In this document: positions 36,015 to 50,998 of the stretch, one piece after another | How positions within the stretch are numbered: the first letter of the stretch is position 1 | Layout of the letters: each line of letters begins with the position of its first letter | Origin: Schmidtea polychroa | Taxonomy: Eukaryota | Assembly: GCA_044892525.1 (NCBI GenBank) | Contig: CM097886.1 | Span: 99,076,001 to 99,140,000, forward strand | Direction of reading: 5' to 3' | DNA: 64,000 nt | Translations under genes and position numbers: made by a program | The notes under the pieces: model-generated | Seen by the model: the letters and a program-made list of their open reading frames with translations, nothing else | What the model was told of the DNA's origin: nothing | The model's database searches: none

Positions 36015-38734
36015 CAGGGCCGTACCTGGGTATATGGCCGCCTGCGTGCTAGTATGCATGGCCGCCCTTTGAGATAACATCAAAATCAAAGAAAAAAATC
36101 AAATTTTCATTCTTAATGTTTATTATTATACTTATATATCTAATGTACATGTACATATTACCATTGAATATAAAACATTAATATGTTTTGGCACATATAT
36201 AAATCTATGATATTACAATCAAAAATTTACTCTACGTGATTTTTTAGAGGCAAATTCTTCAATTGCCCCTTCAATATTTAAGGAATCAGCAATTTCACTT
36301 TCAATTGCAATAATTGATATATTACTGAGACGTTCTTGAGTCATTGAAGTTCTCAGGTGGTTTTTGATTATTTTTAATTTTGAAAAACTTCACTCTCCAG
36401 ATGCAACAGATACTGGAACTGTCAGTAAAAGTTTTAAACTTCTGGCGACATTTGGAAAAGAAGTCTCCAAGTTGTATTTGTATAAAAACTTTATGAGTTC
36501 TTCGGGCTGCTTTCTGTTTTTTATGATAATTTTTAGAGAAATTAACTCTTGATATAATTCTACGCCACTGATATCGCAAGATTCATCATCTTTAAATTTA
36601 TTATGAAGATCAAAACAACTTTTTTTTTATTTCCTCATGTTCCATATCGATAAATTTGTATAGAAATCCAAAACATTGTTCGAAATTTGACAAAGTTTCA
36701 AAACGGGTGGTAAGAGATGAAATAGCTGAATCTAGTATTACATAGAAAAAATTAATTTGAAAATGTTCTTCTGGAGTAAATTGAATATCTTCATCTCCTT
36801 CATAGCTAAATTGTTTTCGGTGATGTCGGCGACGTACACTAATTTCAGCAGGAAAATCCGGTTCTGTTTCAAGTGCTTTACAAAGTTCATTAGAAATCTG
36901 CAAATAATTTTCGAAACTTTAGTTATTTCTAATGCTTTTGAAAAATTTCTAAAATTCCTTAATTGATTCAGCACACGAACTGATATTCCAAGAAACTTTC
37001 TGCATCATTTTGCTAATAAAATCTACCTTTTCAAAGATTTCGTACCATATTATTATTGAAGAAATAAATTTATAAGATTTAAGTTTCATTGCAAAACATT
37101 CAGCTTCATGTTGAACTGTTGGCATTGAAGATTCCTCAGCTATTTCTATAAGGCTGTCATAAATTTCACTTAATTCATTTCGCAGTGGTCTAATCGCTTT
37201 AATTCTTGCTTCCCATCGAGTTTCACTAACTTGTTTCAATGTTAAAGATTTTACATTTTTCTTTAAAACTTGCCATCTAAATGGTGATTCACTGAAAAAG
37301 TTGTATATTGCAGATACATTACTGAAAAAATCCACCGTTGAAAACGAAACTTTAGCTGCATCATTAATGGCCAAATTTAATGTATGCGCGTTGTATGGCA
37401 TAAACAGAACTCGTGGATAATTGTCCAAAATTCGTTTTTCCAATCATTTATGTTTTCGGGACATATTAGACCCATCATCGTATCCCTGGCCCCTCATATC
37501 GTTAATATTTAAATCAAGATAGTTTAACTTTTGAATTAAGAAGTCGTAAAAAGATTCCCCAGTACATTTTTCAGCTTGATAAAAGCCAATGAAATTTTCT
37601 CTTACTTCAACTTCATAATTTTTAATATGTGCATACCTAATAATCATTGTAATTTGCTCGACATGTCCAGTGTCCGACGTACAGTCCAAAATGACTGAAA
37701 AATATTTTATTGATGTTAATATATATTTTTGAATTTGGGTTGCAAGGATAGTGATTATTTCATTTTGAAAGCGATTTCCCAGGTAATGTGGCATGTGGTT
37801 CTTTAAAGCGATTGGTTCTTGTACGCGTTTTATGTGGTCTGCCATTATATCATCAAATTTTCCTATCATTTCAATTGCTTTCAGAAAATTTCCATTATTT
37901 TTTTCGTACAATTTGCTGGAAGAACCTTTAAAAGCTAAACACTGTCCTGCTAGAAATTGTACCACAGATATCATGCACCTGACAATTTGACACCATCGTT
38001 TTTTCTCGGCGTCATAATACCGTTGCATATTCTTATCAATTGTAGTTTTTCTTTTTAAATTTAATTCCAATTTTTTCCAACGGGTGCAATTTTCGATGTG
38101 CAGCGATGTTTTTTCGTGACGAGATAAGTTGTCAGATATGTGTTGCCAATCGTTGAAGCCTTCATTAACTAATTTTATTTCTTGTTTGCCAAATAATTTA
38201 CAACAGAAGCAAAATGTGGCATCATTTTTTGGAGAATAGATTAACCACTCACGATTAAATTTTTCACCATTTGGCAGTTTTCTATAGAAATAAACCTTTG
38301 AAAATGATCTTCCAAATTCATTTAGTGGATATGTAGATTGTATATTTTGAATAGGGCCTTTTTCAATTAAAATATCCAGCATTTTATTGGTAAGTGTTAA
38401 AGGCCAGCAAGCTGGATCATTTAGTTCTATACACAGCAAAATATTCTAAATCAATTTCAGTGATATCGTCGATATTTGTAACTGCAATATCTCCTATTTC
38501 ATCATTACTATTAATATTATCATTATCATTTGTATTTTCGTCAGATAATTCATTTTCATTGGAAAAAAATTCACTGCTTAGATTTGCTTGGCTACTGCAA
38601 GCATTTTGCATTTCTGGAGGTTTTTCCAAATATTTGGTTAGTGAACCAAAGATTTTTTTAGCAACATGTTGTTTTTCTTCTCGCTTTCTTTTATATTGTG
38701 CTCCAGACAATCTTTTCGTTTTTCTCCCAGTCAT
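36015..38734 (-). mobile_element. Inactivated hAT transposon (ZMYM1-like / DUF4371 transposase with hATC dimerisation domain)
   Basis: Starts MTGRKTKRLSGAQYKRK at 38734. Motifs WLIYSPKNDATFCFCCKLF, FSVILDCTSDTGHVEQ, RGQGYDDGSNM, SETRWEAR and FPNVARSLKLLLTVPVSVASGE*SFSKLKIIKN, ending at 36219. Frameshifts near 38430 and 36960, stops at 37444 and in hATC, and CxxH changed to YxxH. TIR-like CAGGGCCGTAC at 36015. Confidence 0.9.
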
Positions 38735-41035
38735 TCTTAGGCATTTTACTAAAATGTTTAAAAATATCAATAAGGATTTATATTAAAATTAATTTATTGT
38801 AGAATTAAATTCATTACCTTTTTCAACCTTTTGTAACAAAGCGTTGGGTGAGGCGGTGAGGGAATCTGCCCAAGCGCTTTCCGAGTTTGAATAAGGTTTT
38901 ATTGCCACGCAGCTGAGACGCTTGCCGTGCTATAGACAGACAGGTAAATCACATATTATAACACACACACGCGCTCCCAACTTACCTACAACTAGGTAGA
39001 GCAACTGAACACACGTGAAAGATGAATTTGCACTTTGCACTTGATTCTGATATGGCCTATGCCGGGAGCATGTGATCGCATGCTGGCGCGTAGAACCCGT
39101 AGAACTCAGTAAGGTTAAAATCAGTTAGAATAAAGAGAGATGTACTCTGTTCATCGTGGGTTAAAAAGAGTGTTCATCTCTATTTATTCTTACATCACGG
39201 AGTTCTATGCGGCCACTGCGCCAGCATGCGCTCGCCAATAAGCGCACAGAATAATATTCTGTGATAAGCGCAGCTAAAAAAAATTTAGTACGCCATAGAG
39301 CGCAATGATAATGATTACAATTGACGAATTGACAACAACACTCAACTATTTGACAATTTACTTCGATTATATATGACTATGACTATATATTAACATTGTT
39401 ATTTTGCTTTTTAACTTTTTTTTTTCTACAAACGGGTGGATTCAAACCTAACTCCCAATAAAAATGCAAAAAGTAAGTCAATTTGAAAGAAAGGTGCTTT
39501 AGTGTGGTATCAGTAAATATTAATATATTATTTGGTAATACTTTTCAAATACGGCTTTCTGGGAATTATTGTGCCGTTCAACAGATCTTCTTTCCATTGA
39601 AGGTTTTCAATAGAAATAAGATTCTAAGGTTTCATATTCGCTACTAACTTATTCACATACTAATCCTGATTCATAACAAATTGGGTTTTGAAAATTAACC
39701 CAAACTTAATAGTAATTGGGGTTCTTATTTAGATATGAGAAAAGGCCCACAGTACTCTTCGATGATCATACAAAAAATTATTTTATTGTCAGAGATAATG
39801 AAACTACTTTCATTTTTTTTAAAGAATAAAAATAGAATTTTTGATATAATATAATAATATGTACATATTTTTGGTAATTACAAAACCTCACCTGACTTTC
39901 TATCTTTCTCACGCAACAGGAAGTAATTTAATACTCTCTATTGTCTAATCTAGGTCTGTGTTTCTTGTGTGTAATAAGTAATGGTTTCTGTTTTTATAGG
40001 ACATCATTTCACTTCTGTTATGTAATATTATGATTACCTCATATCTATTATCTTTTTCACGTCAATTTGGTAAATTATCACTATTAATACAACCTATACA
40101 GGCGTCAGCGTGACATTTTTAGGGGCATAATTCCTTAATTAGTAGAAAACTGTACAATATACAAATGAGATTTTAATATAGATTTGTTTAGATAAATATA
40201 GAAGCGAATATAAATCATTGAAAAATTATCAACTTTAAAGTATAAAGTATTAAAAAAACATTGCAAACATTCTTGATTTTCATTTACAATTGCATAAAAG
40301 AGAGAAAGAAAATGAGACATTTGCCTTCACCAGGGTGGTTGGGAAATTATTAGTCATTTTTAACATGCAAAATCCAAAAATAATACATCAAAGCATGATT
40401 TTCACTTATATTAGAATAAGAAGTAGGCTATGAAATTTTTAACAAAGGCTCGCCTTTTTATTTACTCGAGAATCGTATGAACTAGAACCCTAGTAATGTG
40501 TCACTGTTAATTAAATGTTAATTAAATAGTTTATTTAACACAAAAATCATCACTTTACAAATGTATGTAATGAAAATGATTTCAAGGAATTTTATTTTCT
40601 TTTTGGAAAAATAGTTACCAAGAAGAAAAAGGGGCTCACAAATCATAGAATAATTTAACAAAGGGCCTCCTATAGCTTAGAATTTACTATTGCATTGCAC
40701 TAAAGGGCATAACAATTGTCTACTATATATTTAATAAAAAAAATTAAAAATAATATTAAAATTCTATCTGAAAATATTATATAGAATCTAAATTATAATT
40801 TCTATTTATTTTTAATATTTCCGAAGCAAAACTAGATTATAATTGATAAAAAATATTTGTTTTGAAATAGTTTTCAATCATTAAAGAATTTATTACTGAG
40901 TGTTTAAATACATTAAAATATTCAAAATTGCTACTGAAATTATTTTAAATATTTTAATTATTTCATTTTGTGTTAAAATTAATTTTGATAAAAATTTGAA
41001 ATTTTATTTTTTGTAGAATTATAAATAAGAAAAAT

Positions 41036-44000
41036 ATGAAAATATTTCTGTTGATAATCTTAACTATTTGTAAGTATGTTAAGATATATAGATATATATT
41101 GATATGACTTTAGATGCTACACATTCGAAGAGGTTAAGAAAATCCGTTTCTAATAATAAAAATCAAAATCTATTTCGTTTAATTGATAATTCTAAAGGGA
41201 TAACATTGCCGAAATTTGTAATTTTGCCGAACTTTAAAAACCACAATGAATCTTTTGAAATCCAGTACAAATCTTTCAGGAAAAGCACGACGATTATATC
41301 CTCGTCTTCCAAGTGGATTTTATCCGTTTATATTGACCAGCATTTCTTCTATAACAATCAATCGAATGAGCCTCTACATGCCCTTTGTTTCTTGGAATTT
41401 TCCATTGAAAATATCAGCAATGAAGTCGGCCAAAATGCCAGCTGTAAAGTCATCGTTCGGGTGGATAATTTCACTGCCAGTGCAAATTGTTCTTTGAAAA
41501 TAGGAAGACCACCAAGCACCTGCAGTGTACATTTTGAGTTGGGAGAAACAATGCTTTCGAATTCCCCAAAGAGCTGGGCGTCAGTTTCAGGAGAATTAAC
41601 GTTGCCTTCATCGCCATCCATTACAAGCTCCATCAATCGGCCGGCATTTCTAATCAATAGCTTGAAACCGGTCAATTGGACAGTTATCCAATCGGATGAG
41701 AAATTCGGGAAATTTGGTCTCGGTCTACCGATCTCATCTGTCAGAACTGGATCGAGATTCAAAATACCGTTTTCAATTACGAAAATTGATCGACTGAATT
41801 CCGCAAAAATCCTGGTGGAATATAATGATTGTTTCTCGTTCAATGGCCTGGAGAATGTCAACAGTTCCCGTTGGGAAATTGAGAATGCTTTCTATCAGAT
41901 GGACAAAAGACAAACTGGATTTATTCGAGTGACTTCGTTGGATAAGACTTATCGAGTTGGCGAGGAGTTGTACAAAGAGAGGTGAGACATAATTTGCCCG
42001 AATCATAAGGAAAACTGAGACAATCCCACTTCATTCCCCCCAGGCCTCATCGGGTTAGATTACTCAACGATTCGACACACACTCTCACACACATACACGC
42101 CCGTATTTCAATGGCAGCTGGAGTAAAATTTAATTTGCATTTGTTCGACACATGCACACCAACACACACACAAGAATACACACAGCAACATTACGCTAAC
42201 ACAAACAGTAACATGAGGTGAACGTGATTTAATTCAACAAAACAATTGCTTTTTCCTTAAATAAACATTTTCAATCTCATTTGTATACATAACAATAACA
42301 AATCTCGATGTAATTGTAATTCTCGATTCCTATTGGCTGATAATTCGATTGGTCCGTTAACGCATCAATGTGACGTGATGCAATTTCCAGTAGAGAGACA
42401 GATTTCTTTTTCTCCCGGAGGCCCCACTTAACATGTCGATCTTAATTCTTTTTCTTTCATTTTTCATTTGTTCAATGAGATTTTTCAAATATCTATTTTA
42501 TGATTGATTTAATGATTTTATTACAATAATTATTATTAATTATTATTAATTATTTATAATGATATTTTATATTGGATAAATGCATTTAATCCTGACCTTG
42601 CCATAATTTGGTTAGGGTGCTTAATTGGCTGTCATTGTCAGTAACTCATTGATATATATGGAACATTAATTTGATTCGTTAACAATTCCACAAACGGATA
42701 AATCATAGTGCGTTGAATATTGTTGCCGGAGAGCATTTCGTAACCTGGTTCCTGGTTATCCAAACTAGCGCACCAACAGCATAGCAATAATAACAACAAC
42801 AACAATAAATATTGACAGTGCTTGTCTGACCAGAGAGAGAGAGAAAGAACAATCTATTGAATGTTGATCGGAACAGTTTGTTACAGTAAATGAGTCAACC
42901 AATCATAGAAGGATATGATTGTTTATTTTACTGTGTTATAGCGGGGACAATATCACCAGCAGTCATGGCCATTGATTGGTGGCCGTCCATAACTCTCTGA
43001 TTCATATCAATAAATAGGAAATGAGTTCTCCAATGAAATTGTCATTTCCATGCGTCTAATCCTATTAATTAATAATGAGACAAATAAATGTTTACCTAGT
43101 TGATTTTGTTTACTTTTAAACATTCACCGGTATAAAAGATGCAAAGAAATCATGGAAAAATTCAGTGAAAATGCGAATTGTCTATTTCAAATATATTTTG
43201 TAAGATATTGTTTGGTAACTGAGTTTCTATTAATTGAAGGCCAGCGAGAAAGCACTTGAGAAGAAGTGCAAAATCAATAAATCAAATAGCACAACAATAT
43301 TATTCAGATATATCAATAATGATTTGGTTGGAAATTCGATTCTGGCCAAATAAGCAATGTAACAATAGGATGGTGCAGTGGGGAATTATTCCCTGCAATT
43401 AGTGCCCATTCAGTTGAAGCTTGAATTGGGGAATTTAGTGTCAATGTGGATCAACTATCTAAATGATGTCGGCTTCCAGCACTGTCAACGGGACAGCGGT
43501 TCAAAGTCAATATTGAAGTCAGCTGCAAATCAACATTTGATACAGGAGGTCGAAAGAAAAAAAACTTACATATCATTACTTCTCGACATCAATCGAATAT
43601 TTAGGACGGCGTTTTGTTTAGCCATGTGAAATTGCATCGTGATTAGTGTTGTTTCAATTGCCCTTATACACTGTTTACATTAATCTGTCTGGTTTCATCG
43701 GGCTGACTCTCGGCATTTTACTGATAGGGAACTACTAGTGACACTTTAGGCACCTTTATTTAGTTTTTACAATGATTACGGTCTCCCCTCTCTTCTCTCT
43801 CTCTCTCTTAACAATCTTCAATACTCCATATTTACCTTGTTGGTCATGCAGCTAGACCAATCAAATTGATCCATTAAATCATCTTAGTATACATTTCAAC
43901 AACAGATATAGAATAACACCGGATTTTAGAGTGATCATGATGATGAAGTCCAGGAGCATATAAATGCTTTGATGGTTTGAATTATCGGATTAGTTGATGT

Positions 44001-47000
44001 GAGATTTATAACGTTATGGTCAGTTGGGTTGCTAACGCAAAAATGTAGCCTTGATGTTATATAGAATCCTTTCAGCCTTATTGATGGGCTAGAACGATTT
44101 AGAAAGAGGATTATTGGAAATATATATCCTGTAACATATAAGATCATTTACCACGCCTTCCTCAAGTTTGATCTACATATTGAAATTAAAGAAAAAAGGT
44201 GTAAAGCGTATATTTGATTAATGAAAACCCAGTATTCTGGGGTTTTATTATTTTTTAATAAAGGAATTACAAGGCAGAAGAGGCGGTGGGTGGGGGGGGG
44301 GGGAGGATAAGGGCATATTGGCAATCCGCATGCAATCCACGTGCAATCCACATGCAATCACAACACAATGCGAGTCATGTCAAAAGTTGCATAAATATTA
44401 TTCAATTCAATTGATGAGAGCGAATATTTTCCCATTTATCAATGATAAGGTGATAAAATAAATAAATATGAAAGGATAGTATCAAAGATGCTAAATAAAA
44501 TTTATACAATTTATAAAAGCTGAGGAAATGGTGAACTTGATGTGCCATACGAATTTCCCACTGATGAGATTTGGGAAATGGCGATTGCATCTATCTGGCG
44601 AATGATATATCAGTAATATATATAACTATATATAAATATATCATGTGAGGCAAATTGTAGGCATCTATCAGTCAATGTGATATCGCTACTGACCCAGTTA
44701 TGACATGATTATCTAGAATTCGTGGGCGATTATTTTCATCCTCGGCATCACTTCATCTGGCAACCTACTCACTGTGTAATTAAGGCAGTTGCTCCTAATC
44801 ATTACGATCGAGCTTCCTTCAATTAAATCATTTATAAAGGATACATGTATCATGTCTTATATTTATCCTCTTTCATTACGCTGTTACCAATGAAATATTA
44901 AAATCTCCCTCTATCGGCTTATGATAACAATTCACTTTCTTTTCTTCTTCATGGAGGAGAATGAAACAAAATCTGTCAAGAAACTGGGATATTATTTTTA
45001 TATTGCAATTATTAGTTTAGAAAATACTCGAGTTTTCCATATCAACTCACGGTGATGAGGGGGGCATAATGGGGATGATGGGTTAGGAAATGTATTTTTA
45101 CTTGTGCCTATGAAATGTAATTATTTTANNNNNNNNNNNNNNNNNNNNNNNNNNNNNNNNNNNNNNNNNNNNNNNNNNNNNNNNNNNNNNNNNNNNNNNN
45201 NNNNNNNNNNNNNNNNNNNNNNNNNNNNNNNNNNNNNNNNNNNNNNNNNNNNNNNNNNNNNNNNNNNNNNNNNNNNNATGGAAAGAAATCGGGTTTTTGG
45301 AGTTCATTGTAAAAGAAAATCCTTCGAAAGATGTTTGCTGGATTCGTGCGGGAATATCAAAGATAGAAGTTGCTCAAGGATCGACAAAAAAGTACTTCGA
45401 CAAAAATAATTTTCAAGTCTTCCAAACAACGATTCCAGTGTCAGTGGATTTGATAAACATAATCATGATCGTATTTCCTGAGGTTGGTAGGTTTGATTCT
45501 CTGATATACTGTCACATAGAGTGCAATGGTTTCCTGACAAATGGAAACCGATTGACTCGATTCCTATCACTCTTTCACCGCATTAGAAATGTGATATCTT
45601 GTTTATGTTTAATTAAATTAATTATTTACTTGCTGACCTTTTTTATATGTTATCTCCCCTCTCTCCTTTCAGTAGCAACACTTGGATGTACCAACTGTGA
45701 TTATGTGGCGGATATTTATGCAAGGGATAAACTGTACTGTTGATCCACTGCAAGGATAATTTGATTATAATTATATAATTTTATGTGAATGAATAATGAT
45801 GATTAATNNNNNNNNNNNNNNNNNNNNNNNNNNNNNNNNNNNNNNNNNNNNNNNNNNNNNNNNNNNNNNNNNNNNNNNNNNNNNNNNNNNNNNNNNNNNN
45901 NNNNNNNNNNNNNNNNNNNNNNNNNNNNNNNNNNNNNNNNNNNNNNNNNNNNNNNNNNNNNTATTAAAAAATCAACAAATGTACAATGTGTATAAAAAGA
46001 AAATCGATAAAAGCATATATATATATATAAGCATATTGGTATGGCAATTGAGAAATAGGCGAGTGAGAAAATCTAAGAATTCTCCATGAATAGTAGATAT
46101 TGTCTGAGTCATAGATTCCCATTATTGCATCACTGGCTACACGTCAATGCAGTCTTAGTCTATTAGCTGGTAATTAAAGAAATGCTTTGCCAAAAACAGT
46201 TCTCCTTCGCTCCCATTGATATTGTAACGGTTATGTGTAGTAGCACCCGATATATTGATTATATTTGTGAAATTATTCAACCTATGACTCATCAGCACTA
46301 ATTGATTACATGAATATGTCATATGAACTTGCCTTAAGGTTTACTCATTTCATAATTTCAGCCCTACGTAACCCCATTGGAAATATACTCACAATTGCGT
46401 TCCAGTGCACCTATGTCAAGCCATATTTACTCATATCTTCTGCATAAATCCGGTGATTTCTATTTCCCGCAACTGGCCAAAAAATTCCCATGCCATTCCA
46501 ATGAATTTTCAAGAGGAATTTCCAGGGACCAATGCTTCCCAACTCGATTCTCTGATTCCTGGGTGTTACCAGTCGAGATAGAGCATTGGAGAACTGTTGT
46601 TTTTAACATGTTTAATGCCTGGCAGCCAGAATCATGGAAGATTTCTCTGTCGGACAATGAGTTGAATCCGATCAGCGGCTGGAAGGTTTACCGCAACCAC
46701 AGCTGTGTCGTTCTGTATCAATCTGCAGTACTGAAAATTGGAACCAGGTAAACCTTGTTTATTTTGCAATTTATCATTCACATTCTTATGTATTGTAATA
46801 ATTTCATTATTATTATTATTGATTATTATTGATTATTATTGATTATTATTAATATTATTATTATTATTTATTAAAAAGAGAGCTTGCAGACTATAAACCA
46901 GTAATATATCGATGTTTTTTGATACTCACGAATTTTCGGAAGTGCAGAGTTACCGTGAGTATCAACAAACATCGATATATTACTGATTGATAGTCTGCAA

Positions 47001-47068
47001 GCTCTCTTTTTAATAAATTCAATGGAAAAAATAATCAGTGGTGAAATTTGAAAAGAAAGTTCTTATAA

Positions 47069-47127
<59 letters not shown>

Positions 47128-50100
47128 GAATGAGAATGAGAATGAATAAAATGGGAATTAAACTTGACATTTGTGATTGCCCTAAAATCTGTCACTGTTA
47201 AATATTAATTAATAATCAAATTCTTAGCAATATAAAATTATTTCTAACATTTATTGCATCCTCTCCAAATAAATAATCTATTTGTCTGCAAATAAATGTT
47301 ATTCAAATAATAAAAATCTCGTCTACTAATGATTGGAATTACTCCCCCTCCCTGCGCCCTCCTATATAAATATTATTTGATCCAGTTCATAGGTAGGTAT
47401 AAATGGCGTTCAATATGTGACGACATGCTTTTAATCAATAGAAAATTCAAATCCATAAAATCAATAAGATTAGTGCTAATCAATTTCAGCACTGTTGTCA
47501 TTGACAACGCACAGTTCCAGCACATAGAGATATAAAGATATAGATAGTATAGAGATACTATAATTGCTTAAACATTGAAATGATATACTTGATCTCTTAT
47601 CAATATTTCTTTCTCTAATATAATGTTCTCATTGCCTCGATGAAATGCTTATTGTTGCACCTGTGTAATTCACCGCCATCTCAATATATCCTCCAATGCT
47701 TCCCAGTGGCAATAACTAACTAAATAGCAACTAAATCATCCGTGAAAATTGAAATAGATAATTTGGTGAAATTTATGGCTGATTTACTACAACTAGTGGA
47801 TTTTATTGTTTCCAGTTAATGGCTGTCGGCTAGGGTACTGGATGCGAGGGATGTGATGGATGTGAGAGGGAGGGGGGGGGGGGGGGTCATACGGATATTT
47901 ATATCTATAGGACACCTATCAAGTGCAATGCCATTGGCATATCTTAATTGCTGCGGTAATAATATTCCGCATGCTAGCGATATGTATAGGTTGTATAATT
48001 GCCATTTCAATGTCACATTGCCTTGTATATATTGTATACATGTATATAATGCCAATGGTTTGAGAATCAACAGGTCGCATAGTTGGTCATTATCAGTTAT
48101 AAATTATGAGATATTTACATGTAGTTGGCTAGCTCATAGCTGAATTGGTTATGATCAACTTTACTCAGATATCTCTAATGCTGCCACCGGATATGCTATG
48201 CACAATAGCATGATATCAGATAGCCCCCCTTCATCTTGCACCAATAATATATCAACCATTAATAGAATGGAAATCATTTCATAAAGATCGCCATTTGATG
48301 TTGTATTATTAAAGTGACATAATCTCATATATACGATGTCAAAGGATAAAGCTGAAAGGATCGAGAAACATGAAAAAGAGAAAGAATATATGAAAGTATG
48401 ACAGAATATTTGTGAGAGGACCCATTCTATAGGGGGGGGGGGGGATATTCTGAGGCATTGGCCAATGACTACTTGAGACCCATATAAGGTCGATTATTAT
48501 GGTAGATTGAATGCATAATAACCATTGATCATTGCATCCTTGACAAAATTTACAGTTTTTTCCTTTCTTGGTTGCATGATCCGCTGACAGAATAATGAAT
48601 GGAAAGTATGAATTTAATATTTTCCCTTTCCCATGTTATTTTCGCTCAAAATTTTCATTCACTGATTGCAGTCAAGCAGACCTCTTGGATATGAGTTTCA
48701 CTTCAATGGCATTTTTATTGTTTTTACCTTTCGTTGATTTAGCTCTCAATTGTGTTGCGGATTTGTTGTTAATTGTCCCTTCTTTCTATTCATTATTATT
48801 ATTATTATTGATTATTATTATCATNNNNNNNNNNNNNNNNNNNNNNNNNNNNNNNNNNNNNNNNNNNNNNNNNNNNNNNNNNNNNNNNNNNNNNNNNNNN
48901 NNNNNNNNNNNNNNNNNNNNNNNNNNNNNNNNNNNNNNNNNNNNNNNNNNNNNNNNNNNNNNNNNNNNNNNNNNNNNNNNNNNNNNNNNNNNNNNNNNNN
49001 NNNNNNNNNNNNNNNNNNNNNNNNNNNNNNNNNNNNNNNNNNNNNNNNNNNNNNNNNNNNNNNNNNNNNNNNNNNNNNNNNNNNNNNNNNNNNNNNNNNN
49101 NNNNNNNNNNNNNNNNNNNNNNNNNNNTGATAGAGAAATGATATGAAATGTAAAGATGAGCCTGCCCCTGAGAATGGATATNNNNNNNNNNNNNNNNNNN
49201 NNNNNNNNNNNNNNNNNNNNNNNNNNNNNNNNNNNNNNNNNNNNNNNNNNNNNNNNNNNNNNNNNNNNNNNNNNNNNNNNNNNNNNNNNNNNNNNNNNNN
49301 NNNNNNNNNNNNNNNNNNNNNNNNNNNNNNNNNNNNNNNNNNNNNNNATTCCGTCCACCATATCAAGTATCAAGTGTAGAAATGAAACTCATTTGAAATC
49401 ATGTGAAAAATTTGGCTATTGAAATCAACGTAATTAAAAAATAATTAACTCGATTAAAATCTAATTAAAACAAATGGAGTAAAATGAATGCATTAATTAA
49501 AGGATGGAATCATATGATTAATGGGAGAGATGTAAAAGAGACAATATTCCCTATCTCTCTCTTGAATATGATTGTTTCATATAATTATTATATATATATG
49601 ATATTATTCATTCATTATGATTCTAGGTTCAGCCGGTTGAATTCATTTGGCATTAGGACATACTTGGCAGCAACGATGGAGGACAGAAAGCCATGGATTG
49701 ATGTGAGTAAGGAAACTGATATATCCTCACTCATAACTAGTAAGCCATCAGATGTAGTCAGTTTCTCCAGAAACAATAAAGGCTCCATCCTAGTTGATGT
49801 GAAATCCAATCAACGGACTGTAATCAGTCTGGTTGACAAGAGGAACAAATTGCTAGCTGATACTGAAATATCAGTATTCAGTGAACATTGGGCATCGGTT
49901 ATAAGATTCTTTGGCCGTTGCCTTTCTCAAGTTGATATAGAGAAATATGAAGCTCATCCAAATGGGGAAGCGCAGTTCCATAATTACAAGCTGAAAGCGA
50001 GAAAGTTAGAATTGGGAGAAAAGTGCCGGTTATATCTAGGAGTAGTGTTCAATGATAATTCGGAAATGGTTCTAGAGGACATGGCAGCAGAGGATTATCG

Positions 50101-50998
50101 GGTTGAGGTGAATGGTATAGAATTTAGGAATGGTGATCTTGTACATTTCCAGCTAGAAATGAATATTGGATTATATGGTTCAGTGGAATGTGGTACATCA
50201 AGCATTGTGAGGATGGGTATCATTGATCTGAGCCATGATTGGATAAGACGCAATGAAGCGCATATCAATATTTCTAACACACCTCAAGCAATGATAACAA
50301 CAGAAAGAATGATTGAAAGTGAAACAAATGGAAAGCCCTCTGAATCATTCCTTGAACCGCGAAACTCCTTATCCATTGCCATTTATTGTATAGTTGGTAT
50401 TGTTGCCATGGCAATGGTGATATTATTATTAAATTGCTTAATTGGATTAAACATTCGGAGAAATTCAACAACTCATATGCAAAGGAGACTCAGTAAATCA
50501 GGAAATTTTGATAGGCAAAGTCATATGAAAGCTGATCATGCTCATCATGCTCAGAAAGCATTACAAGAACATTATCCTCCATTGTTACCTCCTCCTGGAC
50601 CAATTGTACCTCCTAGTAAACCCATAGTTGATTGGGCAGTCTCATCAGAATCTGGCATAGGATTAGAACGTTCTTCACTTGGCTCTCAGCAAGACCAGCT
50701 TGGCTTATCCACCTTCCGAATATCTATGGCAAATGGGTCAATGCATCCATCTGACTCATCATCTTATATCCATCGTACCTCTCCATTCAATGAGATAATC
50801 ATTGAGTCAAATCCTCCAATGTATAATGTTGAATCTGCTCCACAACAGATTGAGTTACAAACCTCCAGCAACCGATCATTCTGGCCTAGAATTAATTCAC
50901 CTTATCGAATGTCTAATCTCGACAATTGCCAAGATTTCAGGAGCACTCATGACAGCACTCTCTCATCAGAAAGCAAAAAGAAATTAGACATTGTGTGA
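41036..50998 (+). CDS. TMEM132: TMEM132-family type I membrane protein, multi-exon, interrupted by gaps
   Basis: Signal-peptide exon 41036-41069 (MKIFLLIILTI), exon 41114-41981, partial exon ~45278-45482, an exon ending at 46747 (KISLSDNELNPISGWKV...CVVLYQSAVLKI, resembling TMEM132 IEVSDTELSQIKGWRV...YQHA). A phase-2 splice joins it to the last exon 49627-50998, which has the TM segment LSIAIYCIVGIVAMAMVILLLNC. Some internal exons are unresolved. Confidence 0.78.
46868..47016. repeat. Long palindrome (63-bp arms, 23-nt spacer) flanked by (ATT)n tracts
   Basis: TTATTAAAAAGAGAGCTTGCAGAC...GATACTCACG pairs with CGTGAGTATC...GTCTGCAAGCTCTCTTTTTAATAA. A related single arm occurs at ~24605-24730. 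Confidence 0.85.
47069..47126. repeat. (ATT)n microsatellite
   Basis: About 19 consecutive ATT units. Confidence 0.95.

Noticed and set aside
38832-39194. Possible solo LTR (TGTAA...TTACA with AATAAA)
   Set aside because: No target-site duplication, and an inverted repeat (39077-39107 versus 39199-39229) crosses the proposed right boundary.
42935-43630. Candidate extra TMEM132 exons
   Set aside because: Splice phases and stops could not be reconciled with the neighbouring exons.
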